A DNA stretch of 64,000 bases from a virus. The translations under genes and the position numbers were made by a program. Where the stretch lies: IMG/VR virus record IMGVR_UViG_3300028392_000036, positions 78,902 to 142,901 of that record; one strand, written 5' to 3'. Shown here in pieces: positions 46,789-56,931 of the stretch; within the stretch, counting starts at the first letter, position 1, and every line of letters starts with the position of its first letter. The notes beneath the pieces were generated by a model. It saw only the letters and a program-made list of their open reading frames with translations. It was not told where the DNA came from and made no database searches.

Positions 46789-47186
46789 CCAAACTTGCTT
46801 TTGAAGCACATAGGTTCAACCGTGATCAACTGAAACCACTCAACGATGTGGTTATTGTAGGCGAGATGACTTTTACCGAACGCTTTACCAATACTGGTAT
46901 TGTGTTGCTCAGTGACAATGGCAAAACTGCAGGTATTCGACCACGTTGGGGGCAGGTATATGCTGTGGGTCCAGATCAAAAGGATGTGCAGGTGGGCGAG
47001 TGGGTTTGTATTGCACACGGGCGTTGGACACGTGGGATTGATATCGAAGACGAAAACGGCAAACAAACTCTGCGCCGGGTTGATCCCAAAGACATCTTGA
47101 TGTCAGCTGATGAACAGCCAGATGACTTAACATTTTCAGATGCAGTACAAGCAGAAGCCGCACCTAGCCATATGCAACACTCATGA
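46785..47186 (+). CDS. groES: GroES-like co-chaperonin
   Basis: LKPLND.VIV, TGIVL, GQVYAVGP, VQVGEWV. Confidence 0.8.
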   Translation: MTKLAFEAHRFNRDQLKPLNDVVIVGEMTFTERFTNTGIVLLSDNGKTAGIRPRWGQVYAVGPDQKDVQVGEWVCIAHGRWTRGIDIEDENGKQTLRRVDPKDILMSADEQPDDLTFSDAVQAEAAPSHMQHS

Positions 47187-47419
47187 AGATAGACTGGAAT
47201 GTCAACCAAGTTATCAGTGAGTGTCGCAAAATGTATGCCGGGGCAAATGATCCTTATGTAACAGGTTATGTCAATTGGCCTTGCAAACAAGACTTGTATC
47301 GTGTAAAATTTGCTATAGACGAGATGTTGAAAAACACTAGTGGATTTGCTGGTGAAGCGGAATGGCTAGAGCAACTGGAAAAAGAACAAATGTGGAAAGC
47401 ATTAAAAAATGGAAATTGA
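47183..47419 (+). CDS. Hypothetical protein
   Basis: ATGA-coupled. Confidence 0.7.
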   Translation: MKIDWNVNQVISECRKMYAGANDPYVTGYVNWPCKQDLYRVKFAIDEMLKNTSGFAGEAEWLEQLEKEQMWKALKNGN

Positions 47420-47582
47420 AGTACAACCTAAAGACCCAAGCAAGGGACATTTTTATGTGAGCCTTGTAAAGAGTGGTGTACGTATTATAGCAGGTGGATG
47501 TTTGATTACAGGTAACTTGCTAATGGCAGGTGTTTGTTTTATAATGGCAGAAGTATTAGGTATTGTAGAGGAATTGGTATGA
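47409..47582 (+). CDS. Small membrane protein, 57 aa (not in ORF track)
   Basis: MEIEVQPKDPSKGHFYVSLVKSGVRI...AEVLGIVEELV. Confidence 0.7.
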   Translation: MEIEVQPKDPSKGHFYVSLVKSGVRIIAGGCLITGNLLMAGVCFIMAEVLGIVEELV

Positions 47583-47764
47583 GCAAGGGTTCAAGACCAC
47601 GTCCATATTCAGTGGATCAGGAAACATTTGGCAACAACTATGATGCTATATTCAAAAAGAAATCAACATTCAAAGATCTAGAAGAAGATGCCGACGAGCG
47701 TGCAAGATTAGCAGAACTTGAGAACTTGAAACAAAAGGAAAATAATGAAAGAACTATGGGTTGA
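47579..47764 (+). CDS. Small conserved phage protein
   Basis: MSKGSRPRP...F..NYDAIF; GAGG RBS. Confidence 0.7.
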   Translation: MSKGSRPRPYSVDQETFGNNYDAIFKKKSTFKDLEEDADERARLAELENLKQKENNERTMG

Positions 47765-48668
47765 AAAATATCGTCCCAGGACTGTGGACGGTTATGTGTT
47801 TGTGGATGCTGGTCAACGAGAACAAGTGCAACAATGGATACAAGATGGGACTATTCCACACTTGATGTTGAGCGGTTCGGCAGGCACAGGTAAAACAACT
47901 CTAGCCAAACTCTTGATCAACGAACTGGGCGTGGACGAGTATGATGTGATGTATGCCAACGGATCCAAGGAAGCACGTAAGGTTGAGTGGGTCGATAAAC
48001 TGATCTCATTCTGTCAAACAATGCCGTTTGGCAAGTTCAAAGTTGTGCTGATTGACGAAGCAGACTATATGAACCCAAACTCTGTACAACCTGCACTTCG
48101 TAACCTCATGGAAGACTACAGCCAAACAGTGAGATTTATTCTTACCTGTAACTATCCTTCAAAGATTATCCCGCCACTGCACTCACGCTGTCAAGGATTC
48201 CAGATTAACAAAACTGATCACACAGAGTTCACTGCCCGTGCCGCAACTGTGTTGGTCACAGAAGGCGTGGAGTTTGACTTGGATATGTTGGACACTTATG
48301 TCAAAGCCACATATCCAGACTTGCGTAAGTGTTTGAACTTGTTGCAACCCAACTCACAGTCGGGCACACTTGCACCACCCAGTGCGGCTGACAGAAGCGC
48401 AAGGGACTGGAAGTTGGAATGTGTGGACCTGTTCAAACAAGGGCACATTAAACAGGCAAGAACATTGTTGTGTCAAAGTGCCACACCAGAAGAATCAGAT
48501 GCCATATTCCGTTGGATGTATGACAACTTGGACTTGTTTGGGCGGACTCCGGAGCAACAAGATCAGGCTATTGTAATCATACGCAATGGCGCGGCCAATA
48601 TACCTTTGGTTACAGATCAGGAAATTAACTTGAGTGCTACTTTAATTGAACTTGGCAACATCACTTGA
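47745..48668 (+). CDS. Clamp loader subunit (T4 gp44 / RFC small subunit-like)
   Basis: LWVEKYRP, GSAGTGKTT, IDEAD, LHSRC. Confidence 0.95.
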   Translation: MKELWVEKYRPRTVDGYVFVDAGQREQVQQWIQDGTIPHLMLSGSAGTGKTTLAKLLINELGVDEYDVMYANGSKEARKVEWVDKLISFCQTMPFGKFKVVLIDEADYMNPNSVQPALRNLMEDYSQTVRFILTCNYPSKIIPPLHSRCQGFQINKTDHTEFTARAATVLVTEGVEFDLDMLDTYVKATYPDLRKCLNLLQPNSQSGTLAPPSAADRSARDWKLECVDLFKQGHIKQARTLLCQSATPEESDAIFRWMYDNLDLFGRTPEQQDQAIVIIRNGAANIPLVTDQEINLSATLIELGNIT

Positions 48669-49761
48669 ACCCAAGATAGATACTGCTAACAGGATCACAT
48701 TCCTGTTGGACTGGGAACTCACAATGAAGTGCAACTTGGATTGCAGTTATTGCGAAACAGGTATCTATGGCGGACACGATAACTCACAACGCCATCCTCC
48801 ATTAAAAGACTGTTTAGAGACCATTGACTTTATGTTTGAGTATGTGGACATTTACATGGCCACTAAACCTCGAGGCATTCGCTATGTAGTACTGAATGTA
48901 TATGGTGGAGAGGCCCTGCATCATCCTGATATTATAGATATTCTAAATACAGTACGTGAACGTTATCTTCCTTATCAAGACCGATGGCACTTGACAATCA
49001 CCACGACCACAAACGCTATCATAGCGCCACATAGACTGGATCAAATCATACCCTTGATTGATGAGTTTACTGTGAGTTATCACACTGATAATACTGCAGA
49101 TCAAAAACAACAGTTTCGTGAAAATTTGTTAAGAATCAAAGACGCAGAACGCAGACAAAAATGTATAGTGCTCATGCACTCCGAACCTGACAAATTTGCA
49201 GATGCCCAGCTCATGATTGAATGGTTGAAACAAAATGATATCAAACACTTGCCAAGACAATTGGATCATTATCGAGAAGACGACTTCAACTATAATCAAC
49301 AACAGGTGGTTTGGTTTGAAGGTCTTTACAAAAAATCTCTAGATCATTCCGCAATGAAAGATGGCAAGGCAGATTTGGCCAACACCGGGCGATCCTGTTG
49401 TGGTGGCAGAGAATTGTGCGAAAATCAAAATCGTCAATCGCCACAAACTTTTGTGGCCAACAAGTTTCCTGGATGGTACTGTAGTGTAAATCACTTTTTT
49501 GTTTATATCAAACAGGTCAACGGCGAAGTTTATGTGAACAAAGATTGCAAAATGAATTATAATGGTAAAGTAGGACCAATTGGAAACTTAAACCATACTC
49601 AACCTATATTAGAACAGGCTCGAAACCCACCAATAATTCAATGTGCTCGATGGCGATGTTTCTGCGGACTTTGTGCGCCCAAGGCCGCTGACTTAGATAC
49701 ATACAAATCCATTATGAGGAAATATGAGATACCTAATTCTAACTTACTACCAAAAGGCTAA
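48646..49761 (+). CDS. Radical SAM enzyme
   Basis: CNLDCSYC, YGGE, TTN, VSYH; C-terminal Cys cluster. Confidence 0.9.
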   Translation: MNLATSLEPKIDTANRITFLLDWELTMKCNLDCSYCETGIYGGHDNSQRHPPLKDCLETIDFMFEYVDIYMATKPRGIRYVVLNVYGGEALHHPDIIDILNTVRERYLPYQDRWHLTITTTTNAIIAPHRLDQIIPLIDEFTVSYHTDNTADQKQQFRENLLRIKDAERRQKCIVLMHSEPDKFADAQLMIEWLKQNDIKHLPRQLDHYREDDFNYNQQQVVWFEGLYKKSLDHSAMKDGKADLANTGRSCCGGRELCENQNRQSPQTFVANKFPGWYCSVNHFFVYIKQVNGEVYVNKDCKMNYNGKVGPIGNLNHTQPILEQARNPPIIQCARWRCFCGLCAPKAADLDTYKSIMRKYEIPNSNLLPKG

Positions 49762-50035
49762 CGGCCAAATTGACGAAGTAATGGCTGTGGCCAAAAGTTT
49801 AAAGCGTCGCGATCACCAAACGGCAAATGTGATACTTGACTTCCGAACCCTTTCTGTGTTAAAATGTAGCATGAGCGGTGTTAATGTTCCTAGAGACTTT
49901 GACCGCATTGCGGAATACTACCACCAACACTATGAATCAACCATCTCAAGGTTGCTTAAAGAAAATGGATATGAAATTGTCAAGCCAGAACCCACAAAAG
50001 AAGAAGTACAACCCCAACCAGCTGATCCTAGTTGA
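49724..50035 (+). CDS. Hypothetical protein
   Basis: MRYLILTY...GQIDE...NVILDF; GAGGA RBS. Confidence 0.75.
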   Translation: MRYLILTYYQKANGQIDEVMAVAKSLKRRDHQTANVILDFRTLSVLKCSMSGVNVPRDFDRIAEYYHQHYESTISRLLKENGYEIVKPEPTKEEVQPQPADPS

Positions 50036-50594
50036 TGCAGATGGTGTTCTCCTAAACTGGGAGTATGCCTTTGCCATCTGGATGGAACAGCACGGACACG
50101 AAAAGCAACCTGGATCTGAGTTCATATACGACATCGGTGAGCGTTACGGAATCTCTAAAGACCAAGGTCGCAAGCTGATCAAACTGTTTAATGAATCAGC
50201 CGCAATTGGCTTCTTGCCTCCGCTACGTGATGCCATGTACTATGTGAAACGTCTACACGAAGAACACGGCTATGTGTTTCATTGCATCACAAGTTTATCA
50301 ACAGATGTCAATGCACAACGCCTGCGTGAAATGAATCTCGCCAAACTGTTTGGTAAAACTGCTTTTGAACAGATTGTTTGTTTGGAAACTGGTGCAGATA
50401 AGGACGAAGCACTAGAGCCTTATCGAAACTCAGGATGCTGGTGGGTAGAAGACAAACCGGAAAATGCTGAAGTTGGACACGAACTTGGTTTAAAAAGTAT
50501 CCTAATGGAACATGGTCATAATATGAGTCATGCCAACGAGCAAATTCCGGTTGTAAAAAATTGGCGGGAAATCTACGAAATTATCACCTCCTAA
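49971..50594 (+). CDS. HAD-family 5'(3')-deoxyribonucleotidase-like protein
   Basis: LVDADGVLL, CITS, K, WVEDK. Confidence 0.85.
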   Translation: MKLSSQNPQKKKYNPNQLILVDADGVLLNWEYAFAIWMEQHGHEKQPGSEFIYDIGERYGISKDQGRKLIKLFNESAAIGFLPPLRDAMYYVKRLHEEHGYVFHCITSLSTDVNAQRLREMNLAKLFGKTAFEQIVCLETGADKDEALEPYRNSGCWWVEDKPENAEVGHELGLKSILMEHGHNMSHANEQIPVVKNWREIYEIITS

Positions 50595-51325
50595 ACTGCG
50601 TAGAGTTTCAACACTGACCCAATGATCCGGTGACGTTGTACGTCCCGGGCCTCTAATGCACAAACAGCAATACCTTCCACAGGTGTACTCTGTAAGCGTT
50701 CACAAAGATCCAGCAAGCCGTTGTCTCCGCTATGTCGGTCGGCTTGCTCCACATCTCCTGTGATCACTATCTTTGAATTCGTCCCTATTCGAGTCATCAA
50801 CATCTTGGCCTGTGCCGGGGTTGCATTTTGCATTTCGTCGGCAATAATCCATGAGTTTTTAAAGGTACGGCCGCGCATGAATGCCAGAGGCGCAATTTCC
50901 ACTACCTGATCTTCTATAAGGGCTACAATGTCCTGGGCACGATAATATTCGCGCATGACATCCAATAGCGGACGAGTCCACGGTTCCATTTTGGCAACCA
51001 AGTTGCCCGGGAGGAAACCATGTTGTTCTCCCTCTACACCCACTGCTGGGCGTGTCATTACGATCCTGTCACAATCACCTTCTCTCAGTGCCTTTACGGC
51101 CGCCTGCATGGCTAGATAAGTTTTGCCCGTGCCTGCGGGACCTACTGTAACTACTATGTGGGCGTCAGGGTCCTGTAGTGCCATAACCAAGCGTTCTTGA
51201 TTTCGTGTGCGAGGGATCAAGTCTATGCGGCGCTGGGCCGTACTAGGTGCTGGGTTAAAGCTGATGGTGTTTTCTACTGCCTGATTCATTCTTTTTTGTG
51301 CTTTCGCTGATCGCTGTCTACTCAA
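50591..51325 (-). CDS. phoH: PhoH-like ATPase
   Basis: GPAGTGKT, GFLPG, MRGRTF, DEMQN, TGD..Q.D. Confidence 0.95.
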   Translation of the reverse strand: MSRQRSAKAQKRMNQAVENTISFNPAPSTAQRRIDLIPRTRNQERLVMALQDPDAHIVVTVGPAGTGKTYLAMQAAVKALREGDCDRIVMTRPAVGVEGEQHGFLPGNLVAKMEPWTRPLLDVMREYYRAQDIVALIEDQVVEIAPLAFMRGRTFKNSWIIADEMQNATPAQAKMLMTRIGTNSKIVITGDVEQADRHSGDNGLLDLCERLQSTPVEGIAVCALEARDVQRHRIIGSVLKLYAV

Positions 51326-51519
51326 GTGCTATTCTCCTGGTAAAAGTCCTCTCGGACCAACCTATTTACGGAGTGTGCCAACACAATAACCTGGTGTTAT
51401 TTTTGTCAGATCTGGCCACTAAATACTGACCTGGCATAGTATTTCTCCACATTTGACTTCCCCCTGCTTCTGAATAAATACCTAGTGAGATAAAAATCTA
51501 ACTATTTTAAGGGCGGCCA

Positions 51520-54426
51520 ATGTCATCAAACATCGTAACCATAAGCGATTTTGCAATAAATTTAAATTCTGGGGCAAATACCCTGGTAGTTACCGGTGCA
51601 GTCAGTGCCACAGGTAACCTAATAACCACTGGATATTTGATAGGCAACGGCTCACAATTAACTGGTATTATTACTGCCGCTGGTAACCCAACAATTGCCA
51701 ATGGCACATCAAATATATTTGTTGCAAATTCCAGCAACATTACCTTGGGTGTGGCCGGTAGCACAGTTGGTGTATTTGCATCAACAGGCGAATATGTAAC
51801 TGGACTTATTTCAGCAAGTGGAAACGTAATCGCAGGCGGCGCATTAAGTGCCGCTGGCAATGTAAGTGTGGGCACCAGCGGTATAGTAATTATTGCCAAC
51901 GTGGCCAATGCAACTGGCGCCGGAACTGGTGCATTACAAGTACAAGGTGGTGCTTCTGTCAGCAAAGATTTATGGGTTGTGGGCAACATTTATGCCAGCA
52001 ATATTGTGGGTACAACTGCCAACGTGATCACTATCGAAGACCCACTGGCATATTTTTCCAGCTCCAGCACATATCCATACAATTACGACATTGGCTTTTA
52101 CAGCCATTTTACAGGTGGCACAGGCAACACATATCAACACACAGGTATTGTGAGAGATTTCAATGATGCCACTTGGAAAGTATTCAGCAACGCAGGCGAA
52201 CCCTCAGGCAGTGTGGTTACCTTCAACAGTGACACAATATATGATGCTTTGTTGGCAGGCAACATTACCTCTGTAGGTATTGTGAGTGCCTCGGGCAACG
52301 TGGTTGGCAACAATGTCACGGGCGGTAATGTATTAACTGGCGGGATAATGAGCTCCACCGGTAATGCCATTCATGGCAACATATTAACTGGGGGTTTAAT
52401 ATCCAGCACTGGTAATGCAATTGGTGGCAACATATTAACTGGTGGGGTAATATCCAGTACTGGTAATGCCATTCATGGCAACATATTAACTGGTGGCATT
52501 GTGTCCAGCACCGGTAATGCCATTCATGGCAACATATTAACTGGGGGTTTAATATCCAGCACCGGTAATGCAATTGGTGGCAACATATTGACTGGTGGCG
52601 CAGTTTCGGCTGTTGGCAATGTAACTGGTGCTTACCTTATTGGCAACGGCAGCCAAATAACCAATGTATTCATTGCTGGCTCAACCGGTGGCGCTATTAT
52701 TAGCGGAACATCAAATGTAATCACAGCATACAGTAGCAATGTTACTGTGAGTGTGGGTGGCACATCAAACGTCGCTACCTGGGCAACCACTGGCGAATAC
52801 ATCGCTGGGGTCATAAGTGCTTCAGGCAATATTACCGGCAACTATATCTTAGGCAATGGCTCACAACTGTCTGGAGTTATTACAAGTGTGGCCAATATCA
52901 ACTCAGGAACCTCAAATGTAACTGTGGTAAGTTCAGGTGGTAATATTGCTATCAGTGTGGGTGGCACATCAAATGTTGCTTATTTTGCCACCACTGGCGA
53001 ATACATCACAGGATTGTTAAGTGTCAGCGGTAATGTGATTCCTGGTAACGTGACCACAGGCGGATTGGTCACAGCAACTGGTAACATAACTGGTGGCAAT
53101 GTATTGACAGGTGGGCTGATTTCAGCAGGCGGTACTGTAACTGGCACAAGTCACTTGGGTGCAGTCGTTTCGGTAACAGCCAACATCACTGGTGGTAATG
53201 TATTGACTGGCGGTATTGTAAGTGCCACAGGCAACATTGCTGGTAACTATATTTTAGGTAATGGTAGTCAGCTGACTGGATTAGCGGCAACATATGGCAA
53301 CGCCAACGTTGTGGCCAACCTGGCAGCACTGGGTTCAAACCCAGTATCAACTACAGGTAACATAACAAGCGGTAACATACTAACCAGTGGCCTGATAAGT
53401 GCTACTAGTACTATCACAAGTACGGCAAACATCACAGGTGGTAATGTATTGACTGCTGGATTGATCAGTGCTACAGGCAATATATATGGTGGCAATGTAA
53501 TCAATTCGGGTATTAGCAGTGTTACTGGTAATATCATAGGTGGCAATATTATTACTGCTGGATTGATATCAGCCGCTGGCACAGTATCTGCATCAAGTTA
53601 TTTGGGTGCTGTGGTAAGTGTTACTGGTAACGTAACCGGTGGCAACATTTTGAACAATGGATTAATTTCTAGCACTGGTAACAGTACCGCAGGAAACTAT
53701 CTAACTGGCGGATTGATATCCGCAACTGGCACAGTAACTGGATCAAGTCATTTGGGTGCTGTGGTAAGTGTAACAGCAAACATTACAGGTGGTAACGTAT
53801 TAACTGGCGGAATAGTCAGCGCCAGCGGTAACATTGCAGGCAACTACATCAGCGCCGCTGGTAACATTGCAGGTGGCTATATCAGCGCCAGTGGCAGTAT
53901 TGTTGCTACCGGCCTAACAGTATCAACGGGCAACGTTACACTGGGCAACATCATCAACGCCAACGGCAATGCTGTGGGCAACATTGGTAGCTCAAGTGCA
54001 TATTTCAATACCATATTTGGCAAAGCAACCACAGCACAATATGCTGACGTTGCTGAAATGTACACAGCCGATGCGGCCTACGCTCCTGGCACAGTGGTAG
54101 TGTTTGGTGGCTCACAAGAAGTCACACTCAGCACACAAAGTCACGATGTTTGCATAGCAGGTGTGATATCTACAAACCCTGCTCATTTGATGAACTCCAC
54201 ACTTGTGGCCGAACACACAGTGGCAGTGGCGTTGCTGGGACGAGTACCGTGTCAAGTGACAGGACCTGTGCAAGCCGGCGACCGAATGGTATCAAGTGAT
54301 ATTCCGGGTGTTGCAGAACGTATGGATATTGCTCGATATCAACCTGGCACAATTATCGGCAAAGCACTAGAAAACTACTCAGGCCCGGGCACAGGCACAA
54401 TAGAGATAGTGGTAGGTAGACTATAA
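51520..54426 (+). CDS. Long tail-fibre-like protein with C-terminal chaperone-like domain
   Basis: GNITGGN repeats; C-terminal YADVAE...GTVV...GRVP...IGKAL. Confidence 0.8.
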   Translation: MSSNIVTISDFAINLNSGANTLVVTGAVSATGNLITTGYLIGNGSQLTGIITAAGNPTIANGTSNIFVANSSNITLGVAGSTVGVFASTGEYVTGLISASGNVIAGGALSAAGNVSVGTSGIVIIANVANATGAGTGALQVQGGASVSKDLWVVGNIYASNIVGTTANVITIEDPLAYFSSSSTYPYNYDIGFYSHFTGGTGNTYQHTGIVRDFNDATWKVFSNAGEPSGSVVTFNSDTIYDALLAGNITSVGIVSASGNVVGNNVTGGNVLTGGIMSSTGNAIHGNILTGGLISSTGNAIGGNILTGGVISSTGNAIHGNILTGGIVSSTGNAIHGNILTGGLISSTGNAIGGNILTGGAVSAVGNVTGAYLIGNGSQITNVFIAGSTGGAIISGTSNVITAYSSNVTVSVGGTSNVATWATTGEYIAGVISASGNITGNYILGNGSQLSGVITSVANINSGTSNVTVVSSGGNIAISVGGTSNVAYFATTGEYITGLLSVSGNVIPGNVTTGGLVTATGNITGGNVLTGGLISAGGTVTGTSHLGAVVSVTANITGGNVLTGGIVSATGNIAGNYILGNGSQLTGLAATYGNANVVANLAALGSNPVSTTGNITSGNILTSGLISATSTITSTANITGGNVLTAGLISATGNIYGGNVINSGISSVTGNIIGGNIITAGLISAAGTVSASSYLGAVVSVTGNVTGGNILNNGLISSTGNSTAGNYLTGGLISATGTVTGSSHLGAVVSVTANITGGNVLTGGIVSASGNIAGNYISAAGNIAGGYISASGSIVATGLTVSTGNVTLGNIINANGNAVGNIGSSSAYFNTIFGKATTAQYADVAEMYTADAAYAPGTVVVFGGSQEVTLSTQSHDVCIAGVISTNPAHLMNSTLVAEHTVAVALLGRVPCQVTGPVQAGDRMVSSDIPGVAERMDIARYQPGTIIGKALENYSGPGTGTIEIVVGRL
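52360..52599 (+). repeat. 51-nt (17-aa) tandem repeat, about 5 copies
   Basis: Units start at 52360, 52411, 52462, 52513, 52564 (GNAI(H/G)GNILTGGxxSST). Confidence 0.9.
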
Positions 54427-54570
54427 ATGTCAACGATTGTAATAGAAGGCGGAATCACCATTGAGACCGGTATCTACATTGGTGTTGACGTGGATCTCTC
54501 TGTGTTTTTTACAACAGAGGACAGCAATCAACTGATCAGTGAAACAGGTGATAGTTTCATCGAGGAATAA
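54427..54570 (+). CDS. Small acidic structural protein, 47 aa (not in ORF track)
   Basis: MSTIVIEGGITIETGIYIG...FTTEDSNQLISETGDSFIEE; fills the gap between fibre genes. Confidence 0.7.
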   Translation: MSTIVIEGGITIETGIYIGVDVDLSVFFTTEDSNQLISETGDSFIEE

Positions 54571-54572
54571 TA

Positions 54573-55712
54573 ATGAGTAGTAATATTAAATTTAGTCAAC
54601 TGCCCAATCTAGGCACTATCACAGCCAACACCACAGTACCGGTGGTTGCTGCCGGTACCAACTACACCATCACAGCGGCCAATTTACAAAGTTATGTAAA
54701 CAGCAGTACTGGCAACGTAACTGCCAACTATTTCATTGGTAACGGATCACAACTCACAGGATTACCGGCAACATATGGCAACGCCAACGTTGTGGCCAAT
54801 TTGGCTGCGTTAGGTTCTAACCCTGTATCAACAACAGGAAACATAACCGGCGGCAACATCCTTGGTGTTAATAATATCAGCACTGGAACTATCACACTCA
54901 CAAACGGTGCAGTGATTCTAGACACAGCTGATGGCGCAGTGGCCTTTGGTAGCGGTGCTGGCATTAGCCCACAAGGCGAATACGCAGTGGCCATGGGCTT
55001 TAGTGCTGGACAAGGTTCACAGGGCAATGCCGCAGTGGCTATCGGTGGTGGGGCTGGTGAAACCTCACAAGGCGACTCAGCGGTGGCCATTGGTTATCAG
55101 GCTGGTGGAACCAATCAGGGCAACAATTCAATCATCATCAATGCTACTGGCACGACATTAGATCAAACCACAGCCAACACATTCACAGTGGCCCCGGTCC
55201 GCAATGATGTGGCCAATACGAGTCAAGTCATGTTCTACAACACCACTTCAAAAGAAATCACATATGGCAATACTATAAGTGTAGCTGGCAACATCACAGC
55301 CGCTAATTTTGTCGGTAATGGTAATACCTTATCTAATGTTGCTACTCAGGTAACCGGATCCTGGACAGTGCCTACAGGCAACAGCACTCAGAGTTTTACT
55401 GTGGCGGCCAGCAAGACCTACCTCATGTGGGTTGATTGCAATATCCCCAATGGTATCTTGGCTTGGAACGCCACGGCTACTGTTACCAATACCAATGTGC
55501 CTGTGGTGGGTGCTCAGTATGCCTGGGTCTACAACGGTGGTGGATCGCCCATTGACTTTACCAGCATACCCAATCAGTTCGTAGGCACAGCAAACTCCAT
55601 AGTTCGTAGCAGTACGGCACCTAGCGCAACTACCAATAGATTTGACTTTGGTATCAACAACACCAGCGGCGGTAATGTCACTGTGCGTTACGGTTGGACC
55701 AAAATAAGTTAA
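54573..55712 (+). CDS. Tail-fibre-like protein with YadA-head-like repeats
   Basis: IKFSQLP N-terminus; QG.xAVAIG..AG repeats. Confidence 0.75.
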   Translation: MSSNIKFSQLPNLGTITANTTVPVVAAGTNYTITAANLQSYVNSSTGNVTANYFIGNGSQLTGLPATYGNANVVANLAALGSNPVSTTGNITGGNILGVNNISTGTITLTNGAVILDTADGAVAFGSGAGISPQGEYAVAMGFSAGQGSQGNAAVAIGGGAGETSQGDSAVAIGYQAGGTNQGNNSIIINATGTTLDQTTANTFTVAPVRNDVANTSQVMFYNTTSKEITYGNTISVAGNITAANFVGNGNTLSNVATQVTGSWTVPTGNSTQSFTVAASKTYLMWVDCNIPNGILAWNATATVTNTNVPVVGAQYAWVYNGGGSPIDFTSIPNQFVGTANSIVRSSTAPSATTNRFDFGINNTSGGNVTVRYGWTKIS

Positions 55713-55793
55713 TGTATAAATCATGGTCAACTCACCGGCCGCCCTGCAGATCGTGAAATAACGCTTGAACTAAAATGTACTAAATAAACTATC

Positions 55794-56408
55794 ATGCAAA
55801 CACACAACAAACATGGCGTCCGCGATCGAGATCTATTCAAAGATCACACCGACTACTGGCAGGTAGCCGACAACATTCGCGACATTTACATGAGTGAGGG
55901 CAGTTTAACTACCCTGCTGGACTTTGAGCGTGTGCTGGACGAAGTAGATATCTACGCATTCAAGAACTGGGACATTGGGGAACTGGTGGACGGTCCCGAA
56001 ATTGGCAAATACCGTGTGACCTGTACCTTTATGTGGCCGGAAAAGCTCATGCCCGATCCCCGTGGTGGGCGTAGACTTTTAGCATTTGACTGCGAAGTTG
56101 AATACCAACGCAAAGAAATAAAGATCCCCATTAAAATTACAGACCCCTCAGATTATCGCCCGGGCACACACAAAGCCAAGCTGACCACACGTGATGTGTG
56201 GCTAGTAACAATCACCATGCCCAAAGCACTCATGAACGACATCCGCACAGGATCAATCGAAATGGAAGATCAGGACATTGATCTAGACGAACTGGATCAG
56301 GCCTACGAAAACGATTTGGACAAAGAGGAAAATCAAAGCGATGAACAAGCCAACGATGCTCAACAATCCCTTCAACAGCAATCAGCCGCTACCGGCCCTG
56401 CTGTCTGA
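55794..56408 (+). CDS. Conserved late protein
   Basis: LLDFERVLD, NW..GELVDGP, MPDPRGG; TAAATA-N7-ATG. Confidence 0.8.
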   Translation: MQTHNKHGVRDRDLFKDHTDYWQVADNIRDIYMSEGSLTTLLDFERVLDEVDIYAFKNWDIGELVDGPEIGKYRVTCTFMWPEKLMPDPRGGRRLLAFDCEVEYQRKEIKIPIKITDPSDYRPGTHKAKLTTRDVWLVTITMPKALMNDIRTGSIEMEDQDIDLDELDQAYENDLDKEENQSDEQANDAQQSLQQQSAATGPAV

Positions 56409-56931
56409 GGGTCTGCAATATAAAGACCTAGAGGGCATGATGAAGCCCACGCTTCACGTGGACGAATTTGCGGCCAAAATGGGTGATGACGATGATATCA
56501 TTGTGCTATCATTCTTTGTGCGTGATTTAACAGCCGCCAAAGACCTAGTGGGATGGTTTGAAAAGGGCTATGACTTTGTGTTGGATGCCGATCGTAGCCC
56601 AGGTGAAATCAAGCCCAGCCGTTATCTAGTGTACTTAGAACTGCGTCGCCGTAGATCAGCACCACAGCACGTACAAACGCTGTTGGATGATTTATCGACA
56701 CTGACAGAATTTGCCCCAGAAGAATGGCGATTCAAATACGATGGTCGAGACCATGAATGGTCTGAAAAGACCTTTAGTGAACTGGTGCCATTAACTCCGG
56801 ATTCTTATAGAGCCACGCACGAAGATGACCTAAATGATGTGCGCACAGCGGCGGGTATTGCACCCAAAAAGATTCACGAAAAACTGCCGGATGATGTTAA
56901 ATCATTGCAGAGCATGGCCGGGATACGATAA
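56356..56931 (+). CDS. Conserved late protein
   Basis: LLSEGL, VDEF..KMG, FEKGY.FVLDAD; ends LQSMAGIR. Confidence 0.75.
   Translation: MLNNPFNSNQPLPALLSEGLQYKDLEGMMKPTLHVDEFAAKMGDDDDIIVLSFFVRDLTAAKDLVGWFEKGYDFVLDADRSPGEIKPSRYLVYLELRRRRSAPQHVQTLLDDLSTLTEFAPEEWRFKYDGRDHEWSEKTFSELVPLTPDSYRATHEDDLNDVRTAAGIAPKKIHEKLPDDVKSLQSMAGIR

Noticed and set aside
51326-51519. ncRNA or replication origin in the phoH-fibre intergenic region
   Set aside because: Short hairpins and three TAAATA boxes are adequately explained by divergent late promoters
52360-52599. CRISPR-like or diversity-generating repeats
   Set aside because: In-frame coding tandem repeats with no spacers, no adenine-specific variation and no reverse transcriptase in the window
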